Source: a virus (Duplodnaviria; Caudoviricetes). From it: DNA of 52,743 nucleotides. Numbering within the stretch: position 1 is the first letter of the stretch; each line of letters begins with the position of its first letter. The position numbers and the translations under genes are program-made. The stretch covers positions 1-52,743 of IMG/VR virus record IMGVR_UViG_3300044628_000447; one strand, written 5' to 3'. Below the pieces are notes generated by a model, which saw nothing but the letters and a program-made list of their open reading frames with translations, ran no database searches and was not told where the DNA came from. Shown here in pieces: positions 1 to 8,554 of this stretch.

Positions 1-127
1 TCATACCAGTTCTGGTAGTTGTTTATCTGCCTTTAGATCGTATATGAGACGACGAACTTGCTCTAGGGTCTCATAATCCCCAAAACATTCTTTACCTTCA
101 TAGTTTCTCCAAGAGTGTAAAAACCCG
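1..127. repeat. Terminal direct repeat, identical to 52617..52743 (circular assembly overlap)
   Basis: Exact 127-bp identity. ORFs 52225..52620 and 1..258 join across the junction with an ATGA overlap. Confidence 0.95.
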
Positions 128-258
128 CAATCATGCTTAAGTTTGGAGCGAATCTCTTCAAGGATTTCATCAATCACAATTAGAGCGTCTGTTCCAGCTA
201 AGGCGTAGGAGTGTTCTGGGCCTTCTTCTGGAAGGTCAAATTCTAATATAGCTTTCAT
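1..258 (-). CDS. Phage hypothetical protein
   Basis: 85 aa ORF with ATGA overlaps in a tightly packed minus-strand operon. Confidence 0.75.
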   Translation of the reverse strand: MKAILEFDLPEEGPEHSYALAGTDALIVIDEILEEIRSKLKHDCGFLHSWRNYEGKECFGDYETLEQVRRLIYDLKADKQLPELV

Positions 259-437
259 AGTATATATTCTTCTAGTCCGTTTTCGCTTAGTGTTTTAGCC
301 TGCATAGCAATGACGTTATGCAGCTTCCATATTTCTTGTCTAGCTTGCTTTACTTCTTCAATAAGAGCGTCTTTCTCAGATTGAATGTCTTGATATAAGA
401 AGATTAGTTCTTCTTTTGATTTATTATTTATGTTCAT
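255..437 (-). CDS. Small coiled-coil hypothetical protein
   Basis: 60 aa, overlap-coupled to both neighbours. Confidence 0.7.
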   Translation of the reverse strand: MNINNKSKEELIFLYQDIQSEKDALIEEVKQARQEIWKLHNVIAMQAKTLSENGLEEYIL

Positions 438-625
438 TTCTTAACCTTGAACCAGTTCGGGAAATGTCCAAAGTCCCTTGGTTCAGTAACTTGATTATTC
501 TTTCCACAGCAATCACACTTACCGTAATGCCATGTTGATACTTTGTTTATCCTAACACCATGCTTAATCCCGCATTCGGAACAACACCAGTCTGGATACG
601 GCTTTATTGTCGTTGTGCCAGCCAT
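434..625 (-). CDS. Small Zn-ribbon hypothetical protein
   Basis: CSEC and CDCC cysteine pairs. Confidence 0.7.
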   Translation of the reverse strand: MAGTTTIKPYPDWCCSECGIKHGVRINKVSTWHYGKCDCCGKNNQVTEPRDFGHFPNWFKVKK

Positions 626-954
626 TTGTTGTATGCCTTTGCAGCAAGAATCTGATTCTCGTAGTTGATTTCTTCCAGACTCTTTTGCGGTAGGTCTGGA
701 TTGATGTAGTCGAAGTCTCCTTGGTAGTTGTTTACCACGGGGATGGCTTGACTCGGTTGGGGGTTGTGAGAACCAATATAGGTGTTCTGCTGTTGATCTG
801 GAGGATCATTCCTCAGATACATTTCCTTAATATGCGGTGTTCCGCCTTTTGGATATGTAAGGGTTCTCTTCTCTGTGTATGTCTCCTTGCTCACACTAGA
901 GCAAGCTTGCATTGCTACTGCTGTCGCAACCATAGCGACTATTTTTGTGTTCAT
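604..954 (-). CDS. Putative lipoprotein
   Basis: N-terminal hydrophobic stretch ending in a lipobox-like MQA-C. Confidence 0.55.
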   Translation of the reverse strand: MNTKIVAMVATAVAMQACSSVSKETYTEKRTLTYPKGGTPHIKEMYLRNDPPDQQQNTYIGSHNPQPSQAIPVVNNYQGDFDYINPDLPQKSLEEINYENQILAAKAYNKWLAQRQ

Positions 955-985
955 GGTTCCTTTCTGTCTTGGTTTAACTGAAAGT

Positions 986-1177
986 CTATTCGTCTTCTTC
1001 CTCTACTTCTTCCTCTTCATCTTCTGATTGATCTATCGTATTCTTGATAATCTCATGTATCTTGACCTCCAGCACCCCGATCATGGACGCTAGGGTTAGG
1101 TCAAACTCGCTGCTGTATCTTTCCACGAGTTTATCCAAATCCTCTTGGAACATTTCGATCTGTTTTGATTCTTTCAT
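986..1177 (-). CDS. Hypothetical protein with acidic tail (probable start MKESK)
   Basis: ORF with a poly-Glu C-terminus; the start codon is uncertain. Confidence 0.6.
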   Translation of the reverse strand: MKESKQIEMFQEDLDKLVERYSSEFDLTLASMIGVLEVKIHEIIKNTIDQSEDEEEEVEEEDE

Positions 1178-1268
1178 TTTGATAGTAGCTTGATCAAGTC
1201 TAACGCCACCGCGCCTACTACGGCAATTAGAAAAATCAGAAGAATGTTTCTCTCGCACATTTGAGAGA

Positions 1269-1296
1269 ATCCTACACAGACAGTAAATCCTGTCAA
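1269..1296 (-). promoter_or_regulatory. Sigma70-like promoter TTGACA-N14-TG-TAGGAT
   Basis: Intergenic consensus -35, extended TG and -10 with a 16-bp spacer. Confidence 0.55.
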
Positions 1297-1307
1297 CACA
1301 TTTTTAT

Positions 1308-2423
1308 TTACGGATACACTTTTTCTAGCGCATAAAGTCCATTACCATCGGAATACCACCCCTTGCCAGTGTAGACATCCAGCACATCCTCGAAGTATTT
1401 CTCATACATCGGTGCTACCTTATCGAGAGTAAAGTTGGCCATGGAGAATCTGCGGCAATTCTCTGGATCGATATCATCGATGTTCTTGATCGCATCCACA
1501 AAATCACCCATCGTCCTGCACCGATAGCCAGTGAGTCCGTGGATATTGTTCTCCGCGAAGCTTCCCCAGTCAGTAGTAATCGTTGGAGTCCCAGAAAGCA
1601 GGTTCTCGATCTGGACACCGCCAAATGGTTCGACATACATACTTGGAAGGAAGGATGCTTTTGCGTTAGCCATTAACTTCTTTCTAGTCGGGACATCTGC
1701 GTAGCCGATATACTCAACGTGGTCTGGCAGCTTGTATCCATCCTCCTTTTGACCCGCGATTACCAGCTTCACTCCAGCAATCTTGGTTGCCTGTATCGCT
1801 ACGTTGACTCCCTTACCGTCATAGACCCTTCCAAGGTAGAGAAAGTAATCTTCTTTTCGCGTGTTATACTCAAAGTCTTCTGGGTCGAAGTAGTTTGGGA
1901 TAACAACATCATACCAGTCTTGATTGCAGCTACCCACGTTTTTTAAGCCGCAATATGCGTGATAGATCGCGTAGGATTCAAACACCTTCCATCTAGCCCA
2001 GTGTCCACCAGCGTATCCAATCCCCGGCTCTACTGTGATTAGGTCTGGATGCGCGTCACACACAGGGCGAACACCACTTCCCCAGAATGGAAGAATGAAA
2101 TCATGCTTCTTCTTTCGCTGCGCTACCTGCTTAATCGCGTTTCGGTAGAACGTCTGGTAGGCATGGTCGGTTGTGCTGAATTTAAAGAATTTACTTTTCC
2201 AATCGTGGCTACCGTAGCTCTTCTCAAAATCATCGTTGGTTAGAACGGTGACGTGTTCTGTGCATGGGAGATCAGAGTCTTCATGCCCGTAGTGGATAAC
2301 CGTGTGGCCGCGCTCGGTCATCATCTTTCCGAACTTGACCACCTTTTGAGTATAGGCACATGCGTTAAACTGCTTAGAGCTAACAGTGTGTGGCAAGCCG
2401 AGTATATGGTATGTGTGTTTCAT
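1308..2423 (-). CDS. Glycosyltransferase, GT-B fold (GT4-like)
   Basis: LYLGRV..GKG motif and the EPFGGVQIE (E-x7-E) signature. Confidence 0.9.
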   Translation of the reverse strand: MKHTYHILGLPHTVSSKQFNACAYTQKVVKFGKMMTERGHTVIHYGHEDSDLPCTEHVTVLTNDDFEKSYGSHDWKSKFFKFSTTDHAYQTFYRNAIKQVAQRKKKHDFILPFWGSGVRPVCDAHPDLITVEPGIGYAGGHWARWKVFESYAIYHAYCGLKNVGSCNQDWYDVVIPNYFDPEDFEYNTRKEDYFLYLGRVYDGKGVNVAIQATKIAGVKLVIAGQKEDGYKLPDHVEYIGYADVPTRKKLMANAKASFLPSMYVEPFGGVQIENLLSGTPTITTDWGSFAENNIHGLTGYRCRTMGDFVDAIKNIDDIDPENCRRFSMANFTLDKVAPMYEKYFEDVLDVYTGKGWYSDGNGLYALEKVYP

Positions 2424-2965
2424 TCGCAGGAGTAAACTGTGTCGTGTAATTTGAGTCGCGGTAAATTATCGTTTACGATAAAGCTGGCATCTCGAAATGT
2501 GATTCTGTTCGTGGGTTGTATTGTGAGCCTGCCGTTGTCTAGCTTGATAAAGTAAAAATCTTTATCTTGCTCTGGCGTATCGCTCCATCCGTCATTAACA
2601 TGGGTGACGTTGAACAGATACTCCCCAGACAAGATTACATCATTGATTTTAACCTGCATTCGCAGACCGCGCAGGTGAGGGTTTGCGAGCGTGGTGAAAT
2701 CGTATGAGTAGCAGTCCCACAGTTGTGCTTGCTTGATAGACCACTCATTACCTTTTTTAGAAAACGAAATAGCATGAGGGGGAACGTTACGATACATCGC
2801 ACCACCGTCACGAAGAATGACGTTAATTCCCCAAGCTCTTCCGGGGATACTTGTGATGCCCACCCACATCGCCTCAACGAATCCACACGGTTCTTGATGC
2901 GTGTAACGCGAATCAATATGCACATACTGATGGACAGGGATATTTCCAATCTTTGAGAAGATCAT
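2420..2965 (-). CDS. Phage hypothetical protein
   Basis: 181 aa, overlap-coupled to the glycosyltransferase. Confidence 0.75.
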   Translation of the reverse strand: MIFSKIGNIPVHQYVHIDSRYTHQEPCGFVEAMWVGITSIPGRAWGINVILRDGGAMYRNVPPHAISFSKKGNEWSIKQAQLWDCYSYDFTTLANPHLRGLRMQVKINDVILSGEYLFNVTHVNDGWSDTPEQDKDFYFIKLDNGRLTIQPTNRITFRDASFIVNDNLPRLKLHDTVYSCE

Positions 2966-3171
2966 TTCTCTAGGATTACTTTTTCTTTGATTTTTGATCC
3001 ATCACAAAAACAGAACATTTCTTCTGCTTCTTCAAGCGAATCGTAAGAGGCTTGATGATACATGCTGAAATACATATCCGCCCATTGCCACAATGTCCAT
3101 ATATTGCGTTGTTGAATCACATACTGTTTTCTTCCATTTTGGAAGGTTCTTTCAATAATTCGCGCTTTCAT
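2962..3171 (-). CDS. Hypothetical protein (probable start MKARII)
   Basis: ORF in operon with ATGA overlaps. Confidence 0.65.
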   Translation of the reverse strand: MKARIIERTFQNGRKQYVIQQRNIWTLWQWADMYFSMYHQASYDSLEEAEEMFCFCDGSKIKEKVILEK

Positions 3172-3410
3172 GCTACTGACTTGCTGCCTTTGCACTTCCA
3201 TTTTTTCCTCGACAGTCGGTTGGGGCTATTCGGGTCATTCTTCCAGTCACCTTTGATCTTTGCCGAACGCGCACAATACGCATCCCCCTTGGCCGTGCCG
3301 GGACGAATACGATCCTTGCCATCCTTCGCCTTTCCAGCCTGCCCATACTTGATTGTCTTTGTTCTACCTGTCTTTGGATTCTTAACTACCTTGGTAAATC
3401 TTTTTTTCAT
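3168..3410 (-). CDS. Small basic phage protein
   Basis: Lys/Arg-rich; YCARS...DPNSPNRLSRKKWKC pattern seen in aquatic phages. Confidence 0.75.
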   Translation of the reverse strand: MKKRFTKVVKNPKTGRTKTIKYGQAGKAKDGKDRIRPGTAKGDAYCARSAKIKGDWKNDPNSPNRLSRKKWKCKGSKSVA

Positions 3411-3476
3411 TTATATCAATTTATATGGGGTTATATATAGTTTACTACTAAAACGTATAAATTTAGTATAACTAAC

Positions 3477-3623
3477 CTACCGTTTCTTTGCAGTCTTCTT
3501 TGATTCTTTAAATGCTTTTGCAGTTGGTGCACCTTTTGAACCCGGCTTCCTCATCTTCTCACCGCTACCCGCTGCGATGCGTTTCTTTTTTGCATTGATG
3601 TTTGCGTATAGTCCTTTTTTCAT
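3477..3623 (-). CDS. Small basic protein (48 aa, not in ORF track)
   Basis: Manual translation MKKGLYANINAKKKRIAAGSGEKMRKPGSKGAPTAKAFKESKKTAKKR. Confidence 0.75.
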   Translation of the reverse strand: MKKGLYANINAKKKRIAAGSGEKMRKPGSKGAPTAKAFKESKKTAKKR

Positions 3624-3790
3624 TTCTTCTTTTTCTTTGACATTCCAGCTTCGGAGAGTGCAATCGCAATAGCCTGCTTGCGGCTTTTCACAATTGGAGC
3701 TTTCTTCGGGCCTTTAGGGTTTTTACCGCTATGTAGTTTACCAGCTTTGTATTCCCGCATAACTTTTGCTATTTTCTTTTTACCTTTCAT
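3620..3790 (-). CDS. Small basic protein, DUF6496-like (56 aa, not in ORF track)
   Basis: Manual translation MKGKKKIAKVMREYKAGKLHSG...VKSRKQAIAIALSEAGMSKKKKK. Confidence 0.75.
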   Translation of the reverse strand: MKGKKKIAKVMREYKAGKLHSGKNPKGPKKAPIVKSRKQAIAIALSEAGMSKKKKK

Positions 3791-4119
3791 AATTCAAATC
3801 CTTCCATTCCATCTCGTAACAGTTTAAAGAACAGGTCAGCCGACATGGTAACTTTCCAGTCCTTGTTAGATTTTTTGTGTGCGACAATCCAAGGTTTTCC
3901 GCCACCATCCCTCATAGCTTGTTCGCAGGCTTTATCAAGATTAAGATTCTCCACGAATTTAACTTCTTGATGGAGACTGGAAAGCTCTTCGCATATTACG
4001 TCTGGACTGTCTTGGCCTCCAGCGTATTGCTGACCACGGCGAGCGGTGAAGCCTTCTTTCCTAAGCTCATCTCGCCAAAGACGTTCACCGCGCTTTCCTT
4101 TTTGTCGGGAGTTAATCAT
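3787..4119 (-). CDS. Holliday junction resolvase, PD-(D/E)XK Hjc-like
   Basis: NSRQKGKRGER...SPDV...QEVK motifs. Confidence 0.8.
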   Translation of the reverse strand: MINSRQKGKRGERLWRDELRKEGFTARRGQQYAGGQDSPDVICEELSSLHQEVKFVENLNLDKACEQAMRDGGGKPWIVAHKKSNKDWKVTMSADLFFKLLRDGMEGFEL

Positions 4120-4460
4120 TTTTTATCCTTCTTGATTTCTTCTACACCAGAGCGGAGTTCAGACACGACTCCAAACTTATCGTTCTCATAATCAATCTCG
4201 GCTAAATCAATAGCCCGTTCGGCGATGTATATTAGCTCTTTAATTTGCTCCCGCGCCTCGTCGCGCTCTTTGGCTATTCTTGCAACATCACTATTTGCTG
4301 CCATGCAAAGCTCAAGTTTATGTCGCGCCTCGTCGCGCTCGCGCTCTAAACGCTCACACGTTGCTTTTAATAGGAAAGACCATTGCCCATTAGAGGCGAT
4401 TACCGCTGCTTCTGTTTCTGGTGTGTCCATTTGAGTAATGTTAGAACGGGTTGAGTTCAT
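4116..4460 (-). CDS. Hypothetical protein with TPETEA and ERERDEAR modules
   Basis: Two ERDEAR repeats shared with ORFs at 50717 and 51390. Confidence 0.7.
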   Translation of the reverse strand: MNSTRSNITQMDTPETEAAVIASNGQWSFLLKATCERLERERDEARHKLELCMAANSDVARIAKERDEAREQIKELIYIAERAIDLAEIDYENDKFGVVSELRSGVEEIKKDKK

Positions 4461-4635
4461 CTGTCAATACCTTTTTGTTGTCATTGAAGTATTCATCGTA
4501 GATTGAAATAGCCTCCCTGTAACACTTCTCTGCGTATTCATACCTGTCTTTGATTTCCTTCTCCCATATATCTCCCGCTTTATCTAGAAGCCTACAGGCG
4601 TGCTTGAATAGTTGATCCTTGTTCATTCTTCCCAT
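4441..4635 (-). CDS. Hypothetical protein
   Basis: 64 aa ORF in operon. Confidence 0.6.
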   Translation of the reverse strand: MGRMNKDQLFKHACRLLDKAGDIWEKEIKDRYEYAEKCYREAISIYDEYFNDNKKVLTDELNPF

Positions 4636-4955
4636 TTTCCAATCGCTCGCATGAAAGCCTCGGCACGCTGCATCGCGGTCGAGTTAATTACGCGCCAACC
4701 ATCTATTCCGGTTTGAACATCGAGAATCTCGCAGAGATAAAATCTGTAGCTACTTCTTTGATCCTCTGAAAGAATCTTTTCCGCTTCGTGCATGGCGTTC
4801 AAATCTTTGCAGTAATTTGGAACACCATGCGTCCCGTAATATCCACCTTCTTTTGTGACTCCAGAAGATGCTATTATTGTTCCGCTTTCAGAGACACGGA
4901 CATTTAAATGCCCGCATACACACGCAATAGCGATGTTAATTTGTTCGTTGTTCAT
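4623..4955 (-). CDS. Phage hypothetical protein (PNYCxDLNAMHEAE family)
   Basis: 110 aa ORF with a recurring phage motif. Confidence 0.7.
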   Translation of the reverse strand: MNNEQINIAIACVCGHLNVRVSESGTIIASSGVTKEGGYYGTHGVPNYCKDLNAMHEAEKILSEDQRSSYRFYLCEILDVQTGIDGWRVINSTAMQRAEAFMRAIGKWEE

Positions 4956-4962
4956 ATTTTTA

Positions 4963-6192
4963 TTATTCTTCTAGTTTACTGATTTCACCGTTCATCTTTA
5001 CCGAAAAGGACACATTCCTTGGCCCTCTACGATTCTTGTCAATGTATATGCAGGACTTGTCATCCTTGTGCTTAATGTGGATTACCGCATTTGAGTGCTG
5101 CTTGATTGCGCGGGACTCGCGTAGCTTCCCTTCATCATTCAACTGACTGCCAGTTATCACAGGAGCCTTGATTCTTGTGGCGAGGTTCTTGAGCTTCCTA
5201 GCAATATCGGAGACTGTCTGTTCGCGGGACTCGCTGGTTTCGTTCTCCACGATCTGGATATAGTCAACGATTACCACATCTGCTTTTCCAAGGAGGGATA
5301 GTCTCTGTGATTCCGCGATTATGGAGTCTAGGTCAAGAATATCGTCAACGATAGTCAGTGGCATGTCTCTGATTTCCAAGATTGCCTTACTGATTTTTGG
5401 AATCTCCCTTGAATAAATTGTCCGGTATTCTTCCGCAGCCCGAACCGGGATACCAGCATAGGATGCAACGAATCGCTCCAAGATGTCTGTCTTATCCATC
5501 TCAAGTGAGAAGTAAGCTACGCTTTTGTTTTCAAGAATATTAGCTAAACCAGCTTGAACCATGTAGATAGACTTACCACCACCCGATTCAGAGGCTACTG
5601 TCAATAGTTCCCCTTCGTGCAGCCCACCTTTCATCTTGCTATCGAGGTTGACTAATCCCGTCTTATACTTCGTTCTCTCTTGAGCCCCCTCCATCTGGTC
5701 GATAAGCTGCCCAGCGATTTCCTTCACGCTTGATAGGTTTGGCGATTTATCATTCTGACTAGTGGCAATCTTATCGGCTATGTCCTTCAAATCCGCCTTG
5801 GCAAGCTGGATGTCCCTCCTGTTATCCTCGATGATCTTGAGCGTGTCTCGGTATCCCTTGTAGCGGATTAGGTCTTTCCGATAATCGTTGGCCATCTCGA
5901 TTACTATGTCAGATGGTTTCATTTTGTGAGCTGAGAGAATGTCATATACTGCATTCTCCCCACCGATGATTTCTAGCTTCCCGTTTTTGGATAGTTCTGC
6001 AATGGCTGAGAACTCGCTTGTGTCCCCTGTCCGCTGGTATGTATCTCGGAGAGCTTCAAAGACGGTTCTATGGGCATCTATGGCGAAATAATCCACATCC
6101 CAGATTTGTGTAGCTAGGATGTTTGGGTTGCTTGCGATCAGAGATAGTGCTCCCACTTCTCCGAGGTGGAATATTGGTGTGTCTGTGTTCAT
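4963..6192 (-). CDS. dnaB: DnaB-like replicative helicase
   Basis: Walker A ASESGGGKS, YFSLEM, Walker B VIVDYIQ, SQLN, LRESRAI, KNRRG. Confidence 0.92.
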   Translation of the reverse strand: MNTDTPIFHLGEVGALSLIASNPNILATQIWDVDYFAIDAHRTVFEALRDTYQRTGDTSEFSAIAELSKNGKLEIIGGENAVYDILSAHKMKPSDIVIEMANDYRKDLIRYKGYRDTLKIIEDNRRDIQLAKADLKDIADKIATSQNDKSPNLSSVKEIAGQLIDQMEGAQERTKYKTGLVNLDSKMKGGLHEGELLTVASESGGGKSIYMVQAGLANILENKSVAYFSLEMDKTDILERFVASYAGIPVRAAEEYRTIYSREIPKISKAILEIRDMPLTIVDDILDLDSIIAESQRLSLLGKADVVIVDYIQIVENETSESREQTVSDIARKLKNLATRIKAPVITGSQLNDEGKLRESRAIKQHSNAVIHIKHKDDKSCIYIDKNRRGPRNVSFSVKMNGEISKLEE

Positions 6193-6211
6193 TGGTTATC
6201 GGTTCCGATAA

Positions 6212-7099
6212 TTAGAGGTTTGGCTTTACGGTTGACCAATCTATCTCTTCAAAGGATTGGTTTGTTTGTTGGGGTTTCTTTTGGTTGGATACCCACTCTG
6301 CTTTGAATCCTCTCCAACCACGGAGGACACATTCACGAAGCGCATCTTCCAGCGGCCAACCCGCCTTCTGTGCTTCTGACTTGATAATGTTTAGAACCGC
6401 TGGAGTAATCTTGGCTTTCTTTTCCTTGCGGATGTCGCAGAACGCTTCCCAAGTTTGCTCGGTAATCCCGTCTGGCTTTGGGGGGGGAACGATCGATTTT
6501 CGCAACCCTTGTGTCTTCATGGAACGGGGGGGTCTTGAATCAGAAGCTTTAGCTTCGCTTGCTTGTGCGGTAGCACGCTGACTTTCGTTGGTGTTGAAAA
6601 AGTCATTTGTGGAAGACGAAGCCTCTGCTGAGTTTTCCACGCCTATTTGCATTTCTATACCATTACTAGGTATTTCATTTACTATTCCTAGGTATTTGTC
6701 TGAGGTTTTTCCACAGTGTAGGTTTTCCGTAGTGTGGAAAACCCCTAGGGTGGCTGACTGTGCAAACCGAACTTCTACATACCACTTCTCCACTCTGCCA
6801 CCCTCCCCCTTTCTAACAACATCATCAATAAAACCAGCACTCTTGAGTTGTTTTTTGGCATGAGAAAACCTATCTCTTCCCCACCCAAGACCATTCATTG
6901 CGTATTCAGATGTCGCAAATACAGAACTATTCTGCTGCCACTTTCTTGTGTAGCAGTAGAAAGTGTAAAGAGCCAAGCAGTCTCCGGGGTTTTCCATCTT
7001 CAGAATCCTATCCACTGATGGTTTTGTTAATCCAACCAGATAATCTTCTGGCAATCCAGATGCCATCGTTTCGCATCTTTCGTATATCGTTACGTCCAT
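6212..7099 (-). CDS. Phage replication initiator (lambda O / replisome-organiser-like); probable start MDVTIYER
   Basis: Directly upstream of dnaB; wHTH-like N-terminus; C-terminal W..F...RK.KK...T...GW.G motif; internal repeats. Confidence 0.75.
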   Translation of the reverse strand: MDVTIYERCETMASGLPEDYLVGLTKPSVDRILKMENPGDCLALYTFYCYTRKWQQNSSVFATSEYAMNGLGWGRDRFSHAKKQLKSAGFIDDVVRKGEGGRVEKWYVEVRFAQSATLGVFHTTENLHCGKTSDKYLGIVNEIPSNGIEMQIGVENSAEASSSTNDFFNTNESQRATAQASEAKASDSRPPRSMKTQGLRKSIVPPPKPDGITEQTWEAFCDIRKEKKAKITPAVLNIIKSEAQKAGWPLEDALRECVLRGWRGFKAEWVSNQKKPQQTNQSFEEIDWSTVKPNL

Positions 7100-7232
7100 A
7101 AAAAAAGGCGACCCCTTGTAGTGGCGGACAAAAGCGGCAACTGACGCATGAGAGTGGTGAAACCACCACAAGGGATCATATATTTTATTTGTTTATTTAA
7201 TTTTGTCCTTCACATCGGCTCTCACCCCGATG
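7100..7232 (-). ncRNA. Putative cis-regulatory kissing-loop RNA, copy 1 (leader of replication initiator)
   Basis: 6-bp hairpin (7213-7232) and 15-bp stem (7110-7124/7163-7177); G-U pairs form only on the minus strand; loop complementary to 7148-7154. Confidence 0.65.
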
Positions 7233-7282
7233 GCAGAGATTGCTCCCTACGCCAACCATCCTAGAAATCGACACCTACCGTG

Positions 7283-7672
7283 TCAATACTTTATTTCAAT
7301 TTTTTCTTTCCCTCCACTAGTCCACAGAGGAAGATCGTCTAAAAGGTTATCCCACACTTCGTTGCATTCCTCTGATGTTGGCATCTCGATAATGGAAATC
7401 TTTTTATCAAGAGTAGCCTCCTTCTCATCCACCCTGCACTCTAGGAAGTAAATCTTGCTGACATTTTCCATGAGAACGAAGATCACAGCTTCCCCGTTTG
7501 GTTTTACGCCAAGGGTAATGAAAGGCCCGTCTTCATCGCAAGTCTCGTAGTGAACAACCAGACCCTCACCCAGAATCTTAGACAGAGCTAGATTGGATAT
7601 GAGGACGGAAGCCTGCATTGATGTGAGGATGTAGGTGGAAATTTGGTCTACGAGTTCTTTTGCGTTGTCCAT
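7283..7672 (-). CDS. Hypothetical protein
   Basis: 129 aa, first gene of the leftward operon. Confidence 0.7.
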   Translation of the reverse strand: MDNAKELVDQISTYILTSMQASVLISNLALSKILGEGLVVHYETCDEDGPFITLGVKPNGEAVIFVLMENVSKIYFLECRVDEKEATLDKKISIIEMPTSEECNEVWDNLLDDLPLWTSGGKEKIEIKY

Positions 7673-7728
7673 TATCGATACCGATAATCTGAGTTCATGC
7701 TTGACCTGTCAACAAAAGTTTGTAGACT
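7672..7728. promoter_or_regulatory. Divergent control region: palindrome 7672..7687 plus rightward promoter TTGACC-N14-TG-TAGACT (7701..7728)
   Basis: Motifs read directly between divergent genes; a leftward TTGACA lies at 7707..7712. Confidence 0.6.
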
Positions 7729-7739
7729 AATCACAGGAA

Positions 7740-8051
7740 ATGAGACTAGACCACCCACTGATTGGCGCATACGAAGCCTGCATGTCAACCTACGAAGAGT
7801 CAAAAAGGTTGAAGCAGTCTGGTAGGTTTGTGTTTGCCAAACAGCTTAAAGAGACAAGGGCAATGCTCGGTCTAACTTGCAGGCAGCTTGGAGGGTCAAT
7901 CGGGGTTACAGGACAACTTATCAGCCAAATTGAAACAACTGCCAAAAGTATCTTGAACCGAGATCAAGTCCAAAAAATTGTAGAACTATGCTCAAACGCA
8001 AAACACCCCTCCGCGCCAAATCTGGATTCAAAAAGCGAGGCGGGAAATTAA
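7740..8051 (+). CDS. XRE-family helix-turn-helix regulator
   Basis: LKETRAMLGLTCRQLGGSIGVTGQLISQIE matches the HTH_3 pattern. Confidence 0.8.
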   Translation: MRLDHPLIGAYEACMSTYEESKRLKQSGRFVFAKQLKETRAMLGLTCRQLGGSIGVTGQLISQIETTAKSILNRDQVQKIVELCSNAKHPSAPNLDSKSEAGN

Positions 8052-8302
8052 ACGCAGTCAGCGATAGGCGTAAGGAGCTAAACAAAGAATATGCATCAGT
8101 CCGTAGAGAGTATCTGCTATCAAGCTCAAGGTGTGAAGTCTGCGGGGGAGAAGCTACGGACATACATCACAAAAGTAAAAGGGGTAAGAACCTATCTAAC
8201 AAAGATACGTTCATGGCTGTTTGCCGCCAGTGTCATACCAACATCCACGACAATCCAGCGTGGGCAAGAGAAAAAGGATATTTGATTTATGAATATAAAT
8301 GA
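7988..8302 (+). CDS. Small HNH endonuclease
   Basis: CEVCG...DIHH...N...VCRQCHTNIH. Confidence 0.85.
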   Translation: MLKRKTPLRAKSGFKKRGGKLNAVSDRRKELNKEYASVRREYLLSSSRCEVCGGEATDIHHKSKRGKNLSNKDTFMAVCRQCHTNIHDNPAWAREKGYLIYEYK

Positions 8303-8531
8303 ACAACACAACTCATCGTTCCAAGGATACATTACCTGCAAGGGGTTTATCTCCGATGAGAAACCGGACAAGATTCGATTCCGCCAAGATTATGTCGATT
8401 GTTGGATAAAAAAGTCCGACATTAAAAAGATAGAAAGAATTGAAAAGACCCATGAGGGTGATACATTGGTATTGGTAACGGTGACTGAAGAGATTGCCAA
8501 TGTGTATGAACTTGAAGGTATCCTAGAATAG
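8289..8531 (+). CDS. Hypothetical protein
   Basis: 80 aa, overlaps the HNH stop. Confidence 0.65.
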   Translation: MNINEQHNSSFQGYITCKGFISDEKPDKIRFRQDYVDCWIKKSDIKKIERIEKTHEGDTLVLVTVTEEIANVYELEGILE

Positions 8532-8554
8532 TGCTAGGTAGTTCAAGCCGGATT

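Noticed and set aside
7100-7171. N-terminal extensions of track ORFs 6212..7171 and 44877..45698
   Set aside because: They run through the structured RNA leaders; ATGs at 7099 and 45635 directly after the U-rich tracts are more plausible starts.
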